Part shown: positions 1-10,311 of the stretch, one piece after another | Layout: each line of letters begins with the position of its first letter | Position numbering within the stretch: position 1 is the stretch's first letter | Source: Armatimonadota bacterium | Lineage (GTDB): Bacteria; Armatimonadota; SYMT01 | DNA length: 64,000 nucleotides | Reading direction: 5' to 3' | Assembly (NCBI GenBank): GCA_041690135.1 | Contig: JAWLHY010000013.1 | Span: 1 to 64,000, forward strand | Program-made: the position numbers and the translations under genes | The notes under the pieces: model-generated | Seen by the model: only the letters and a program-made list of their open reading frames with translations | Told to the model about the DNA's origin: nothing | The model's database searches: none

Positions 1-101
1 ATAGAGAGCGGCCTCCCTTCGGAACGCTAGGCTGGTTAACCACGCGTTACCCGCAGGAGGTTGCTCTCTATTCCTCTCAAAATTCGGGGTGAATCATGAG
101 G

Positions 102-134
102 TCCAGGGCGGCAAACAGAGTTTGCCGCCCTGGA
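102..134. repeat. Perfect 15-bp-stem hairpin downstream of holA (terminator-like or REP-like)
   Basis: TCCAGGGCGGCAAAC (102-116) and GTTTGCCGCCCTGGA (120-134) are exact reverse complements; no U-tract. Confidence 0.55.
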
Positions 135-206
135 GATTCTTGTGGCTCATGAGCTCGGTAAGCGACTCTCTTAACCGAGCACCACCCGACTTCACGGTTG
201 CGCGTT

Positions 207-1337
207 CTATCGCGCGCGGCCGCGTCCGCCACCGTAGGAGGGCTGCGGGGGCGCGGGGCGGATGGTGTCGCAGAGGGAAACCACGAACAGCTCTAGCGCC
301 AGGTCCGGGTCTTCCACGCCGTGTTCCCAGCCCTTGGTGCCCGCATCCGTGGTCGCCAGGCGGTCCAGGGCCCGGTGGAGATGCGGCCAGGTAATCCGCC
401 GCGCCTGGCTCCAGAGTTGCTTCCGCTGCCAGTCTCGCGTGCTTTTGTAGAGGCTGGCGTCTTCCGGAAGGCATGCCAGCACGTCCGGCGCCACGTCTTC
501 CGGGCCGGCCGTCGGCTGAATGCCGCGGTCCTGGAGCAGCTTTGCCTGGGTGACCTGGCGCAGGGTGCGGGCCAGCATCACCAGGACCTGCGGCACGGCC
601 ATTCCGCTCTCGCGGAGTTGGCGCAGAACCCCCATAGCCTGCTGGCGGTTGCCTTCCATCGTCGCGGTGAGCAGGTGGAAGATGTTGTCGTCGGGCGGGG
701 CGGAGACCATCTCCCCCACTTCCTTCTGGGTGATGGTCTTGCCTTCGCCCACGTAGGCCACGAGCTTGCGGGCCTCCTGGAGCACCCGCTGCGAATCCGG
801 CCCCGCCCGTTCGGCGAGCATCGCTGCGGCCGCGGGGTGGAGGGTCTTTCCGGCCGCGGCCGCTTCCCGCGCGGCCAGTTCGGCGAGTTCCTCCGGCTTC
901 ATCTGGGCGAACTGTTTCACCTCGCCGTGTGCCTTGAGCGCCGCCATCAGCTTCTCGCCGAAGGGCGCCCGCCCGCGCCGCTCGTCGCTGTCGTCCGCGT
1001 AGGCAACCAGGATGAGGGTGCTGTAATCGGGAAGCGTGGGAATGCCCGCCGCCAGGGCTTCCTGGGTGCGCTGGTGGCGCGGCCCTCGCAGCCGTCCGGC
1101 GTTGAGTACCACTACCACGCGCCGCTCCGAAAACATGGCGCGGTCGCGCACCGCATGGAGAATGGCATCCCCGGTCGTCCCGGCATTAGTTGCGTCCATA
1201 TACTGGACATCGAGCTCGCGGTCTTCGGGCGGCACGAGTTGTTCGATCAGGAACTGGAGCGCTTCCTTTTTGCGGAGCTCTTCCTGACCCCAGAAAAGGT
1301 AGGCCCGGGGATTCTTTTTGGCGGCGCGCGGCGGCAT
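207..1337 (-). CDS. holA: DNA polymerase III subunit delta
   Basis: YLFWGQEEL N-terminus, MFSERRVVVV, EARKLVAYVGE, NIFHLL and C-terminal D..TKG..D..LALELFV pattern typical of HolA; start set at the ATG overlapping the upstream TGA (TGATG). Confidence 0.88.
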   Translation of the reverse strand: MPPRAAKKNPRAYLFWGQEELRKKEALQFLIEQLVPPEDRELDVQYMDATNAGTTGDAILHAVRDRAMFSERRVVVVLNAGRLRGPRHQRTQEALAAGIPTLPDYSTLILVAYADDSDERRGRAPFGEKLMAALKAHGEVKQFAQMKPEELAELAAREAAAAGKTLHPAAAAMLAERAGPDSQRVLQEARKLVAYVGEGKTITQKEVGEMVSAPPDDNIFHLLTATMEGNRQQAMGVLRQLRESGMAVPQVLVMLARTLRQVTQAKLLQDRGIQPTAGPEDVAPDVLACLPEDASLYKSTRDWQRKQLWSQARRITWPHLHRALDRLATTDAGTKGWEHGVEDPDLALELFVVSLCDTIRPAPPQPSYGGGRGRAR

Positions 1338-3535
1338 CAAGCGGCTCCCGTTGCGGTGGAAGGCGCGTCCACCTTCTTGCTTGCGACTCCCGCTCGGGGG
1401 CGCTTCGGCAGGACGCGCCGCAATTCGGCCATGGACTCCTCCATCCGACTCAGGTCCTCGGTCGTCAGACCGCCCGCGTACCGGGCCTTCTGATATCCTT
1501 CGCCGAGCGCTTCGACCAGTTTCAGTGAGTGGCTCAACGCCGGATCTTCCCTCCACTCGGTGCGTAGCCAGGCAAGATACTCTCGCGGAGTCATCCACGG
1601 TTCTCGTGCCCACCCCCGCCGCGAAAGGTGCTGCAGCGCCCGCTCGTAGAGCTGGAGCATCATTCGGTCCGGCGTCATGCCTGCGGCCGGTAGGACGCGC
1701 CGGTGGGTGCGGTTCCAGCTAAGGAGCCGTTGCCAGCCGGTAACGACCGCCATGACCAGAGTAGCGGCGATCAGGACCACCAGGAGCACGGCGTCCAGCC
1801 CGCCTCCACCGATTTTACGGAAGGAACTGGTCAGACGCTGGAAGGCCACGGTGAACGGATTGTCCCGGATACTGGCCAGGGGTGGCGCCGGGTCGAAGGG
1901 GACCCAGCCGTTTCCTTCGAAGTAAACCTCCGTCCACATGTGGGCATGCTCCTGCCGGAGAAGCCATCCATCCCCACTCGGAAGCCGTTCATCCGCCACG
2001 TAGCCCACCGCAATTCGCGCGGGAATGCCCACCGAGCGGGTCATAATGGCTACCGCGGTGGCCGCCAGATCGCAGGCGCCGCGCTTCGTGGTGAACAGGT
2101 AATGGGCGGCGGCGTCCTCTCCCGGTGGCGTTATCTCTTCATCCAGGGTGTAGCGGCAGTTGTCCTGGATATAGTCGACCAGGGCCTGTACCTTATCGTA
2201 ATTGTTGGAGAAGGGGGCCGTCACTTTGCGAGCCAACTCCTGGACTGGCAGCGTGCTCTGGGGAAGCATGAGAGTTTCCGGCATCCGCTCGCGGAGTTCT
2301 TCCACATCCATCGACGGTGCCCGGCGTAGCCGCTCCACGTCGTACTGCGGAACCTGGGAAACGACTTCGAAGACCCGACCGACGCCCTGATGGCCGGTTC
2401 CCGCCACGCATCCAGTGTCCAGCAGCTGCACGCTAGCCCGGGGGTAGCGCAGGGCCGATGGATGTCCAAGTGCGGGTATGCCAGTCGATACGAATCCCCG
2501 GGTCACGAAGCGATGTCGAATTTCCCGGAACGGAACACCGGGCGTCAAATCCGGGTCCGGCGGGAGGCGAAAGGCGTAAAGCTGGTAGGTGGGTGCATCT
2601 TCGCCCGTCCGTAACGACTGGGCGCTGGCACTTCCTTCCGCCGGAAACTGTATGGAACTCACGTTCGGGTCGGAAGTCCAACTGCGGCCGGTGTAGCGGG
2701 TGAAAACGTTGGTACGGTAGCGTCCGCCCTCGCTTGAGTAGAGCTCGTACACCGGGTTTGCGCTCAGCCGGATCGGTCCCTGTCCTACAGGTGCCTGGTT
2801 TCCCGACACCTGGGTGAAGTTCAGCAGCGCGCGAAAGCGATTGACGCCGGGCAGGGCGAACGGTGAGAGAGGGCCGAGGACCGGTTGGATCAGTAATGGG
2901 AACGCCAGTGCGATCCCGGCAACCAGCAGGGTGATGAACCACGTGTTCAGGAGGTGGTACACCACGGGTACCGCGGTCCGACCGGTGCGCGCGACCCGGC
3001 GGAGATGTCCCTCATAGCCGATGCTGAACAGTGAGCCGAACACCAGCAAGCCGAAGAACAGGGGTATCTCCGCGTTGATATTGTTGCTTCCCGTCAGCGC
3101 CAGCATTGTGATTGCCGGTACCGGGCTGAAAAGAAGGGCCGAATTGGTGACCAGGGTGAAACTGCGGACCACTGCCAATGCGGAAACGGCGGTGGCCGTG
3201 ATCATGTCCGGGGGCATGGAGCTCAAGGGCGCGTCCATCCCCACCAGTGGGCTGCCGGTCAGCAGCATCTGCATCACCACGGCCGAACCCACCAGCATGA
3301 TCGGGTAGAACACCTGGTCGAGCCCCAGGCGCATCCGCCGCATCAGCAGGCTGACGACGTGGCCCAGGATGGTCAGGGTAGCCCAGATCGGGGTCCAGGA
3401 GAGGGCGAACATAGTCGTTCCCACCGCCCCCACTCCTGCCAGGGTCACCACCAGGCTTGCACCGTAAAGCGGTAGCGCCGCTCGCCACGCCTGGTCTTCA
3501 TTTGCCGTCGACTGTATTCGAGCTGCCTGCTGCAT
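1337..3535 (-). CDS. Membrane transglutaminase-like protein (DUF3488/TgpA + transglutaminase + DUF4129-like)
   Basis: N-terminal TM helices; GACDLAA, GIPARIAVGY, HAHMWTEVY..G.GWVPFDP catalytic Cys/His/Asp motifs. Confidence 0.85.
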   Translation of the reverse strand: MQQAARIQSTANEDQAWRAALPLYGASLVVTLAGVGAVGTTMFALSWTPIWATLTILGHVVSLLMRRMRLGLDQVFYPIMLVGSAVVMQMLLTGSPLVGMDAPLSSMPPDMITATAVSALAVVRSFTLVTNSALLFSPVPAITMLALTGSNNINAEIPLFFGLLVFGSLFSIGYEGHLRRVARTGRTAVPVVYHLLNTWFITLLVAGIALAFPLLIQPVLGPLSPFALPGVNRFRALLNFTQVSGNQAPVGQGPIRLSANPVYELYSSEGGRYRTNVFTRYTGRSWTSDPNVSSIQFPAEGSASAQSLRTGEDAPTYQLYAFRLPPDPDLTPGVPFREIRHRFVTRGFVSTGIPALGHPSALRYPRASVQLLDTGCVAGTGHQGVGRVFEVVSQVPQYDVERLRRAPSMDVEELRERMPETLMLPQSTLPVQELARKVTAPFSNNYDKVQALVDYIQDNCRYTLDEEITPPGEDAAAHYLFTTKRGACDLAATAVAIMTRSVGIPARIAVGYVADERLPSGDGWLLRQEHAHMWTEVYFEGNGWVPFDPAPPLASIRDNPFTVAFQRLTSSFRKIGGGGLDAVLLVVLIAATLVMAVVTGWQRLLSWNRTHRRVLPAAGMTPDRMMLQLYERALQHLSRRGWAREPWMTPREYLAWLRTEWREDPALSHSLKLVEALGEGYQKARYAGGLTTEDLSRMEESMAELRRVLPKRPRAGVASKKVDAPSTATGAA

Positions 3536-3539
3536 CGGC

Positions 3540-4817
3540 CTATCCCGTCAATTGCTGGACCACTGGGTCTTGAAGGGTTACGGAGACCACCTTGATCCCT
3601 GCCGCTTCCAATTCCGCCTGAGTTCCGGACCAGGTCGCGGCCGTGTCCGGGTCAACCAGTGCATACACCACCGGGCGCAGATGCACGGTGCGTAGGAAGC
3701 GTGCTGCTTCGACCAGATCGGGTCCGGGCCTGGGGGTCAACCAGCACACCAGCGTGCCTGGTGCGAGTTGCCCGGCCACATCGCGCATCTCGGCGGCGAG
3801 GGGTCTCTCGGAAATCGCCTGCATGCGGGCCAGGCTCTCGAGGAGAGTGGCCATGGCCTCCATCCCCCGGTCGGCGGCGGGTTTCCATTCAGTAGAGCCT
3901 GGCGCCAGTAGCCGCACGGAGTCCCCGGATCCCAGAATGTACGCCGCGAGCGACGCCGCCAGTCCGGCGGCGGTGTCCAGGCTGGATGCGCCCTCCCATG
4001 CCCTCTCGCTTCCTTGGGCCGTTTCCACGGCGATCAGAGCGTCTACCGACTCTTCTGCCTCCCATTCTACCACCGTCAGTCGGCCAAGCCGGGCTGCGGT
4101 CCGCCAGTGAACGTGGCGCAGCGGGTCGCCGGGGCGGTACTCCCGAATGCCGTAAAACCCGGCGCCTTCCCCTTGCTTTCGCGAAGCCGTGAGCGGCGCT
4201 TCCCCGCCTCCGCGCTCCGGCGGCAGGAGCCTCTCCGGCAGGTCGATGACCCGGGGATAAACGATCAGGCGAGTCTCACAGGCAACCCGAGTCTCCACCG
4301 CGTAGAGGCCCAGCACGTCGACGCTGCTGAAGCAAACAGAGGGGAGCACATGCAGACCCCTGCGCCGGAGCTGCAGATCGTACCCGATTTCATCCGTTCC
4401 CTCCGGGGGAAGATGGACGGGAATCGCTTCTCGGTCGGTGGGGGTGAGGCCGGCGGGTAGATCATCCGCGGCCGACAGTTGGAGCTTGGGGAGACGGGTG
4501 CGGTTGCGTACCTTCCATCTCACCCGCAGGATCTCACCCTGATGTCCGGCGCCGGCGTGGGTCCGTTCCACCTCCAGGCCGCGATGCTCCAGCTTGCCGA
4601 ACCAGCGACTGACCCGGGGCAGCAGAAGCATCGAACCCGCCATCCAGTAGAGTTGCTGGACGTTCAGGACCCAGGCCACCAGGGAGATGACGAAGGCGGC
4701 AGAATAGATGGTCAGTTGCTTCGTCAGCGCCATGTCCGGCGGCCGCGCGGATACGCCGTGCCGGATAGGTTCAGTACTGCCGCTCGGGGCACGACGTTCC
4801 GCGCTGCTCACACTCAC
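3540..4817 (-). CDS. DUF58 domain protein
   Basis: FYGIREYRPGDPLRHVHWRTAAR motif; N-terminal TM; GTG start overlapping the upstream stop (alternative ATG at 4733). Confidence 0.85.
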   Translation of the reverse strand: MSVSSAERRAPSGSTEPIRHGVSARPPDMALTKQLTIYSAAFVISLVAWVLNVQQLYWMAGSMLLLPRVSRWFGKLEHRGLEVERTHAGAGHQGEILRVRWKVRNRTRLPKLQLSAADDLPAGLTPTDREAIPVHLPPEGTDEIGYDLQLRRRGLHVLPSVCFSSVDVLGLYAVETRVACETRLIVYPRVIDLPERLLPPERGGGEAPLTASRKQGEGAGFYGIREYRPGDPLRHVHWRTAARLGRLTVVEWEAEESVDALIAVETAQGSERAWEGASSLDTAAGLAASLAAYILGSGDSVRLLAPGSTEWKPAADRGMEAMATLLESLARMQAISERPLAAEMRDVAGQLAPGTLVCWLTPRPGPDLVEAARFLRTVHLRPVVYALVDPDTAATWSGTQAELEAAGIKVVSVTLQDPVVQQLTG

Positions 4818-6097
4818 AGTTTCCAGGGCCCCCGATAATCGTAATGGACACGCCGGGCCAGCACCGCATCTCCTTGGATCTTTTCGGCCTTGGGATCCCA
4901 GTCGATCTTGCGTCCGGTGCGGATCGCCATGGTGCCCAGGTGGCATACGGTTGCCGAACGGTGGCCGATCTCCACGTCGCAGATCGGCAGCTTCCGGCTC
5001 TTGATGCAGTCCAGCCAGTTGCGGTAATGGTCGCCGCTCTCATAGAGATGGACGTCGTTTTCGCCGAGTTGTTCCGCGAGCAGTTCGGCCGGGGTCGCCT
5101 CCAGCTTGCCGCGCGTCACGAAGATCGTCCCGCGGTCTCCTTCGAAGGTGGTGCCCGCACGGAACTCGGGTCCGCTGCCACAGATGAGCGTCACCCCATT
5201 CGCATACTTGTAGGTGACCTGGAACCGCTCCGGAACCTCGTACGCCATCTGGGGGTGGAAGACCCCGGTGCCCTCGGCGGAAATAGGGCCGCTGTCGTCC
5301 ATTCCGAGGCCCCACTGGGCGATGTCGAGATGGTGGGCGCCCCAGTTCGTCATTTGCCCGCCGGAGTAGTCCCAGAAGAACCGGAAGTTGTAGTGAACGC
5401 GGTTCTTGTTGTACGGCCGCAGCGGCGCCGGTCCCAGCCAAAAGTTGTAATCGAGCTCAGAGGGCGGCTCGCTATCAGGGCGCGCCGGCTCTTTGAAGTT
5501 CACTCCCGGAATGCCGACGCGGACGGTGTGTACCTTGCCGATTTTTCCGGAGCGCACCAGCTCGCAGGCGCGGCGGAACTTGGCGTCCGAGCGCTGCTGG
5601 CTGCCTGTCTGCACGATCCGCTGGTGGCGCCTGGCCGCCTTAACCATTTCGCGCCCTTCCCGGATGGTGAGGGAGAGCGGCTTCTCGCAGTAAACGTCTT
5701 TGCCGGCCTGGCAGGCATGGATCGTCTGGAGCGCGTGCCAGTGGTCCGGCGTGCTGATGACGACGGCGTCGATCTCCTTGTTTTCCAGGAGCTTGCGGTA
5801 ATCCGTATAAGCCTGGCAGTCTCCGCCGTTTGCCTTGTCCACGGCCGCCTTGGCCGCGGCGAGCACGTTCCGGTCGACGTCGCAGACGGCTACAGCGTGC
5901 TTCATCAGCGGGCGCATGTTCTGCATGCCCCGGTTGAGAACCCCGATGAAACCGATCCGGAGCCGCTCGCTGGCCGGCTCCACCCCCGGTGCGCCCAGGG
6001 CTGGCCCGGTGATGATGGCGGGGAACGCCGCCGCGCCCGCGGTGGCCCCGGCGGCCCGCAGGATATCGCGGCGCGAGATGCGCTTCTCGTCAGACAT
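4814..6097 (-). CDS. Gfo/Idh/MocA family oxidoreductase, Tat signal
   Basis: SRRDIL signal; STPDHWH, VYCEKP, QTGSQQRS, NWGAHHLD motifs. Confidence 0.9.
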   Translation of the reverse strand: MSDEKRISRRDILRAAGATAGAAAFPAIITGPALGAPGVEPASERLRIGFIGVLNRGMQNMRPLMKHAVAVCDVDRNVLAAAKAAVDKANGGDCQAYTDYRKLLENKEIDAVVISTPDHWHALQTIHACQAGKDVYCEKPLSLTIREGREMVKAARRHQRIVQTGSQQRSDAKFRRACELVRSGKIGKVHTVRVGIPGVNFKEPARPDSEPPSELDYNFWLGPAPLRPYNKNRVHYNFRFFWDYSGGQMTNWGAHHLDIAQWGLGMDDSGPISAEGTGVFHPQMAYEVPERFQVTYKYANGVTLICGSGPEFRAGTTFEGDRGTIFVTRGKLEATPAELLAEQLGENDVHLYESGDHYRNWLDCIKSRKLPICDVEIGHRSATVCHLGTMAIRTGRKIDWDPKAEKIQGDAVLARRVHYDYRGPWKL

Positions 6098-6190
6098 AAA
6101 ACTGGTCTCCCAGGCCGCGCACGCCGCGGCCCAAACTTACTGTAGCAGTAGTTTGGGCGGATGGGACGGTTCCCCCTGCCGAACTCCGGA

Positions 6191-7492
6191 CTATCCCCAG
6201 AAGAAGTACGCCGCGAACGCGACGGACGCCGCCGCCATCAGCGGGTGGATCTCCCTTACTTTGCCCGAGAGGAGCTTGATGGCCACAAACAGCAGGAAGC
6301 CGTAGCCGATACCGTGCGAGATGGAGTAGGTGAACGGAATGCCGATGAGGGTGACGAATACCGGTATCGCGGTTTCAAGGTTCCCGAAGTCGACTTCTCC
6401 CAATTGCGCGATCATCAAGAAGCCCACCAGGATCAGGGCGGGCGCGGTGGCGGCGGCCGGTACCATGGCCGCCAGGGGAGCGATGAGGATGGCCAGGAGA
6501 AAGAGCATTCCCACAAAGACCGAATGGAGGCCGGTCCGCGCGCCTTCCGCCACTCCGGCGGCCGACTCGATGTAAGAGGTCACGGAGCTCACTCCGAAAA
6601 GTCCGCCGATGGAAGCACTCAACGAGTCGACCACCAGCAGGCCCCGGATGCCCGGTATGCGCCCTGCCTGGCCCAGCCCAGCCTGGTGGGAGATGGCCGT
6701 GGCGGTGCCCAGGGTGTCGAAGAAGTCCACCATCATCAGGGAAAGGAGCAGCGGGGCCAGGTTCCAGTGTAGGGCTCCCAGGACATCGGCCTGGAATGCG
6801 GGAGCGAAGCTGGGCGGAGAGGAAGCGGTGGGCAGGCGAGCGACCCCCGTCAGCAGAGCGACGGTTGTAGCGGCAATAATCCCTAGCAGAAGAGCCCCGG
6901 TCACCCTACGGGCCACCAGGAAGGCTGTTAGCCCGAGACCGAAAAACGCGACGGCGGCTTCGGGTTGAGTCAAATGGCCGAATGATACCGGCGGCCCCCC
7001 CTCGGGGCCGCGAACCACCAACTTCGCGTTGACGAGACCGATGAAGGCAATGAAGAGACCGATCCCCGCGCCGATCGCCCGGCGAAGGTCGACAGGGATG
7101 GCTTCCATCACCGCTTCCCGCACCCCGGCGAGTACCAGGAGCAGGATCAACAAACCGTTCAGCACTACCAGGCCCATGGCGGTCTGCCATCCGCCCGCCG
7201 CCGGTGCCACCTGGAAGGCCACCACGGCGTTCAGCCCCATCCCGCTGGCCAGCGCCACCGGCAGGTTGGAGCCCAGACCCATCAGGATCGAGCAGATTCC
7301 CGCGGCTGCTGCCGTGCAAGCGATAGCCCCCTCCTTCGGCACACCCGCGCCCGCCAGGATGGCCGGATTGGCAAACAGGATGTAGGCCATGGTAAGGAAC
7401 GTCGCGACCGCCCCTCGGAGCTCGACCCGGACGCTGGTGCCCCGCTGTTGTAACTGAAAGTATCTCGCCGCCCACTCTCCGGCGCCGCTCAT
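6191..7492 (-). CDS. NCS2/AzgA-like nucleobase (purine) permease
   Basis: TFLTMAYI..NP, GMGLNA, YIESAAGV..GARTGL motifs; multiple TM helices. Confidence 0.9.
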   Translation of the reverse strand: MSGAGEWAARYFQLQQRGTSVRVELRGAVATFLTMAYILFANPAILAGAGVPKEGAIACTAAAAGICSILMGLGSNLPVALASGMGLNAVVAFQVAPAAGGWQTAMGLVVLNGLLILLLVLAGVREAVMEAIPVDLRRAIGAGIGLFIAFIGLVNAKLVVRGPEGGPPVSFGHLTQPEAAVAFFGLGLTAFLVARRVTGALLLGIIAATTVALLTGVARLPTASSPPSFAPAFQADVLGALHWNLAPLLLSLMMVDFFDTLGTATAISHQAGLGQAGRIPGIRGLLVVDSLSASIGGLFGVSSVTSYIESAAGVAEGARTGLHSVFVGMLFLLAILIAPLAAMVPAAATAPALILVGFLMIAQLGEVDFGNLETAIPVFVTLIGIPFTYSISHGIGYGFLLFVAIKLLSGKVREIHPLMAAASVAFAAYFFWG

Positions 7493-7672
7493 CGGTGACT
7501 CGCTTTCAGGCTTGTTGCCAGATTAGGGGTCCCCTGTTTCCCCGCCGGTCGCAAGATTAGCCGCCTATTGACCCGCCTCCTGCGCGCCTCTCTTCGGATA
7601 GTTGGGGTGAAAACTCGGCGGAGAGCCGCCATCATTCCTTAATGAACCTACGTGATCACCGGAGATCCCAGA

Positions 7673-8710
7673 ATGAAGCCCAAACACAAAATGCTGTCAG
7701 CGAGCGTACTGGCCCTCGCCACCGTGGGCGCCGCGGTGGCCCAACAACCCCCCGCAAACCTGATTGAGAACCCGTTCTTCGAAGGTCCGCTGGACAAGAC
7801 GGGGCTTCCCGTCGGCTGGACGAAGACCCACAAGGGTCCGGAGAAGGCCTATCAGGTTGCTGTAGCCTCGCCGGGTCGGTTCAGCAGTAAGTCTTTGCAG
7901 GTGGAAGGGGAGGGAGAGTACTGCGTGGTCGTGGGCACGCGGGTCCCGGTGGTGGAAGGCAAGAGCTACACGGCGCGGGGTTGGGTGAAGTTGCACGCGG
8001 AGACTTCTCGCGCGACCCTCAAGTTCGACTACTTCGACGCGGATAAGAAGTACCTGGGTTCCAGCACCAGCGTCAACGCCAATCCGAAGAACAAGGAGTG
8101 GCAGCTCGTAAGTGCCAGCGGCTTTTCCGGACGCTTTCCGGGAGCGAAGTTCATAGCGCCGGCCTGTTCGATCCACGGGAAGGGCAAGGTCAGTTTCGAC
8201 GACCTCGAGATGACCGCTTTCGACGCTCCGGATGCCGGGGAGAATCTGCTGGAAGACGGCAGCATGGAATGCGTTTCGGACCAGGAGCCGGCTCGCTGGC
8301 GCCTGCAGTTCGAAAAGTCGGGCAAGGCCGAGATTTTCCGTCGTACAGCTCCGGTGAAGCATGGTTGGTACAGCGTGGAACTCAAGGGCGCGGCCCCATG
8401 GATCAACGTGACCTCCCCTCGGTTTCCCCTGCAGGCCGGCAAAACCTATACGTTCAGCGGCTTCGTACGGGCGCGCGTTGGAAGCGGCAAGCTCCAGATC
8501 AACTATTTCAAAGACAGCACCTACATCGGCAACCACACCACCTCATCCGTGACGAAGAACGAATGGACGGAGCTAACTCTGACCGCCGATCCATCCAAAT
8601 TCCCGGACGTGAATTCCATTTCCGTCGTCGGGGCCGTCGGTGGGAAGGAAGTCGACGTCTTCTTCGATGACTTCAAACTGAAGGCCACCGACAGCACCGT
8701 CGCTAAGTAG
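7673..8710 (+). CDS. Secreted protein with two tandem carbohydrate-binding-like (CBM4/9-type) domains
   Basis: Signal peptide; two repeats starting NLIENPFFE and NLLEDGSME, each ending in FDD. Confidence 0.65.
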   Translation: MKPKHKMLSASVLALATVGAAVAQQPPANLIENPFFEGPLDKTGLPVGWTKTHKGPEKAYQVAVASPGRFSSKSLQVEGEGEYCVVVGTRVPVVEGKSYTARGWVKLHAETSRATLKFDYFDADKKYLGSSTSVNANPKNKEWQLVSASGFSGRFPGAKFIAPACSIHGKGKVSFDDLEMTAFDAPDAGENLLEDGSMECVSDQEPARWRLQFEKSGKAEIFRRTAPVKHGWYSVELKGAAPWINVTSPRFPLQAGKTYTFSGFVRARVGSGKLQINYFKDSTYIGNHTTSSVTKNEWTELTLTADPSKFPDVNSISVVGAVGGKEVDVFFDDFKLKATDSTVAK

Positions 8711-8780
8711 ACGGATAGGCGCAAATCGGCCCCGGGTCGCCGAAAGGATCGGGGAACAGGGCCTGTCGACCGGGGACTCG

Positions 8781-10151
8781 ATGGTGAACATTCGCAACCG
8801 GAACGTGCTTCGTCTTGAACTTCTTGCCGTCCTCTTGCTCGCTTGTGGCTCCGGCAGCTACGCGGCTCGCCATCGGTCAGCTTCAACGGCGCGGGCCCAG
8901 GGCATTTCCGTTCCGGCAGAGGGCGATCGGTGGGCGGTCGGCAGCCGTCACTGGATCGCTTGGACGCCAATCGACACGCACGGCGGTCAGGTTCGGCTGG
9001 AGCTCTCGACGGACGGCGGCAAGCGGTGGGATACCGTCAACTCGGTACCGGACTCCGGGCGCGCTTTCTGGACAGTTCCGGAGCGGGTCTCGCGCCGCTG
9101 CCTCCTGCGCCTTTCCCCGCCAAACGGTGGCGAGCCCCGAGTCTCCCGCCGCTTTGCTATCGTTCCGTCCCAGGAGGTCCACGACTACCGCTGGGTGAGC
9201 GTGAACCCGAAGGCGCCGTTCGCGCCCCGAGACGGGGCCGGCGCGCTCACCTTTGCGGGCCGCATGTGGCTGCTGGGCGGCTGGAATCCCGGGGATAAGC
9301 AGCACTTCCCGCGCATCTGCAACAACGAGGTCTGGAGTTCGACCGACGGCAAAAAGTGGACTCTGGAGAAGCCGAACACGTTCTTGGATCGGAGTTTCGA
9401 CCCCCGTAGCGACTGGGAAGGGCGCCACACGGCCGGTTACGCGGTCCACCGGGGCCGGATGTGGATTGTGGGCGGAGACGTGAACCAGGGCCACTACCAG
9501 CCCGATGTCTGGAGCAGCGCCGACGGGAAGGCCTGGGTGCAGGCCAATCCGGGCAAGGCGGTGCCGTGGGGACCGCGTGCGCTGCATTACACGGTCTCGT
9601 TCCAGGATCGGATCTGGGTACTGGGCGGCCAGACGATGCCCGCCTTCTCCCCCTCCGAAGAGCTGTTCTACCGCGATATCTGGCGGTCCGCCGATGGCGT
9701 GAACTGGGAGCAGGTCACGCCGAAGGAACCCAGCTGGTCACCCCGCGGGATGATTGGCGGCAGCGCCGTCTTCAGGAACCGGATTTGGGTCCTGGGCGGC
9801 GGCACTTACGACACCCCCAAGACTCCCACCCGCAACTTCTACAACGACGTCTGGAGCTCGCCGGACGGGGTGCGCTGGACCCGCCATGCGGCGAACGCAC
9901 CCTGGGCTCCACGCCAGTACCACGAAGTGGCCGTGTGGGACAATCGCCTCTGGGTGCTGGAAGGGTACGGCGGGAGCAACCGGAACGACGTGTGGTACTC
10001 CGCGGACGGGGTGAACTGGTATGAACTACCGAACACGCCCTGGAAACCGCGCCACGCGGCGAGCGTGTTCGTCCACGACCATGGTCTCTGGATGGTCGCC
10101 GGGAACAACATGGAAAGCGACGTCTGGAAACTCGTACGCGATCGCCGCTAA
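8781..10151 (+). CDS. Secreted kelch/Asp-box beta-propeller protein with N-terminal Ig-like domain
   Basis: Repeated RMW.LGG ... DVWSS.DG..W units; LSTDGGKRW in the N-terminal domain; signal peptide. Confidence 0.75.
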   Translation: MVNIRNRNVLRLELLAVLLLACGSGSYAARHRSASTARAQGISVPAEGDRWAVGSRHWIAWTPIDTHGGQVRLELSTDGGKRWDTVNSVPDSGRAFWTVPERVSRRCLLRLSPPNGGEPRVSRRFAIVPSQEVHDYRWVSVNPKAPFAPRDGAGALTFAGRMWLLGGWNPGDKQHFPRICNNEVWSSTDGKKWTLEKPNTFLDRSFDPRSDWEGRHTAGYAVHRGRMWIVGGDVNQGHYQPDVWSSADGKAWVQANPGKAVPWGPRALHYTVSFQDRIWVLGGQTMPAFSPSEELFYRDIWRSADGVNWEQVTPKEPSWSPRGMIGGSAVFRNRIWVLGGGTYDTPKTPTRNFYNDVWSSPDGVRWTRHAANAPWAPRQYHEVAVWDNRLWVLEGYGGSNRNDVWYSADGVNWYELPNTPWKPRHAASVFVHDHGLWMVAGNNMESDVWKLVRDRR

Positions 10152-10311
10152 TTGCTCGCCGCGGTATGTGATCGTTACTCGATCGCTCGGAAAGAGCAAG
10201 GGTATCAGAAAGGCATAGGCCGGTTGGGTCCGCACGCCGACAGAGGAATCGGGATACCCCAATCTCGTTCCGTCCGGAATTGTCCGGCTGCTGTTTCCTT
10301 CCTCTCTGCTG

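Noticed and set aside
102-134. c-di-GMP-I riboswitch (GGCAAAC)
   Set aside because: The motif sits inside a perfect hairpin and the second GCAAA element and GNRA stem are missing.
4844-6145. Long antisense ORFs (also 321-1493, 12060-13133, 17392-18639, 21524-22900, 22825-24126, 32238-33389, 34052-35260)
   Set aside because: Shadow frames opposite well-supported genes, expected in high-GC DNA; no recognisable motifs.
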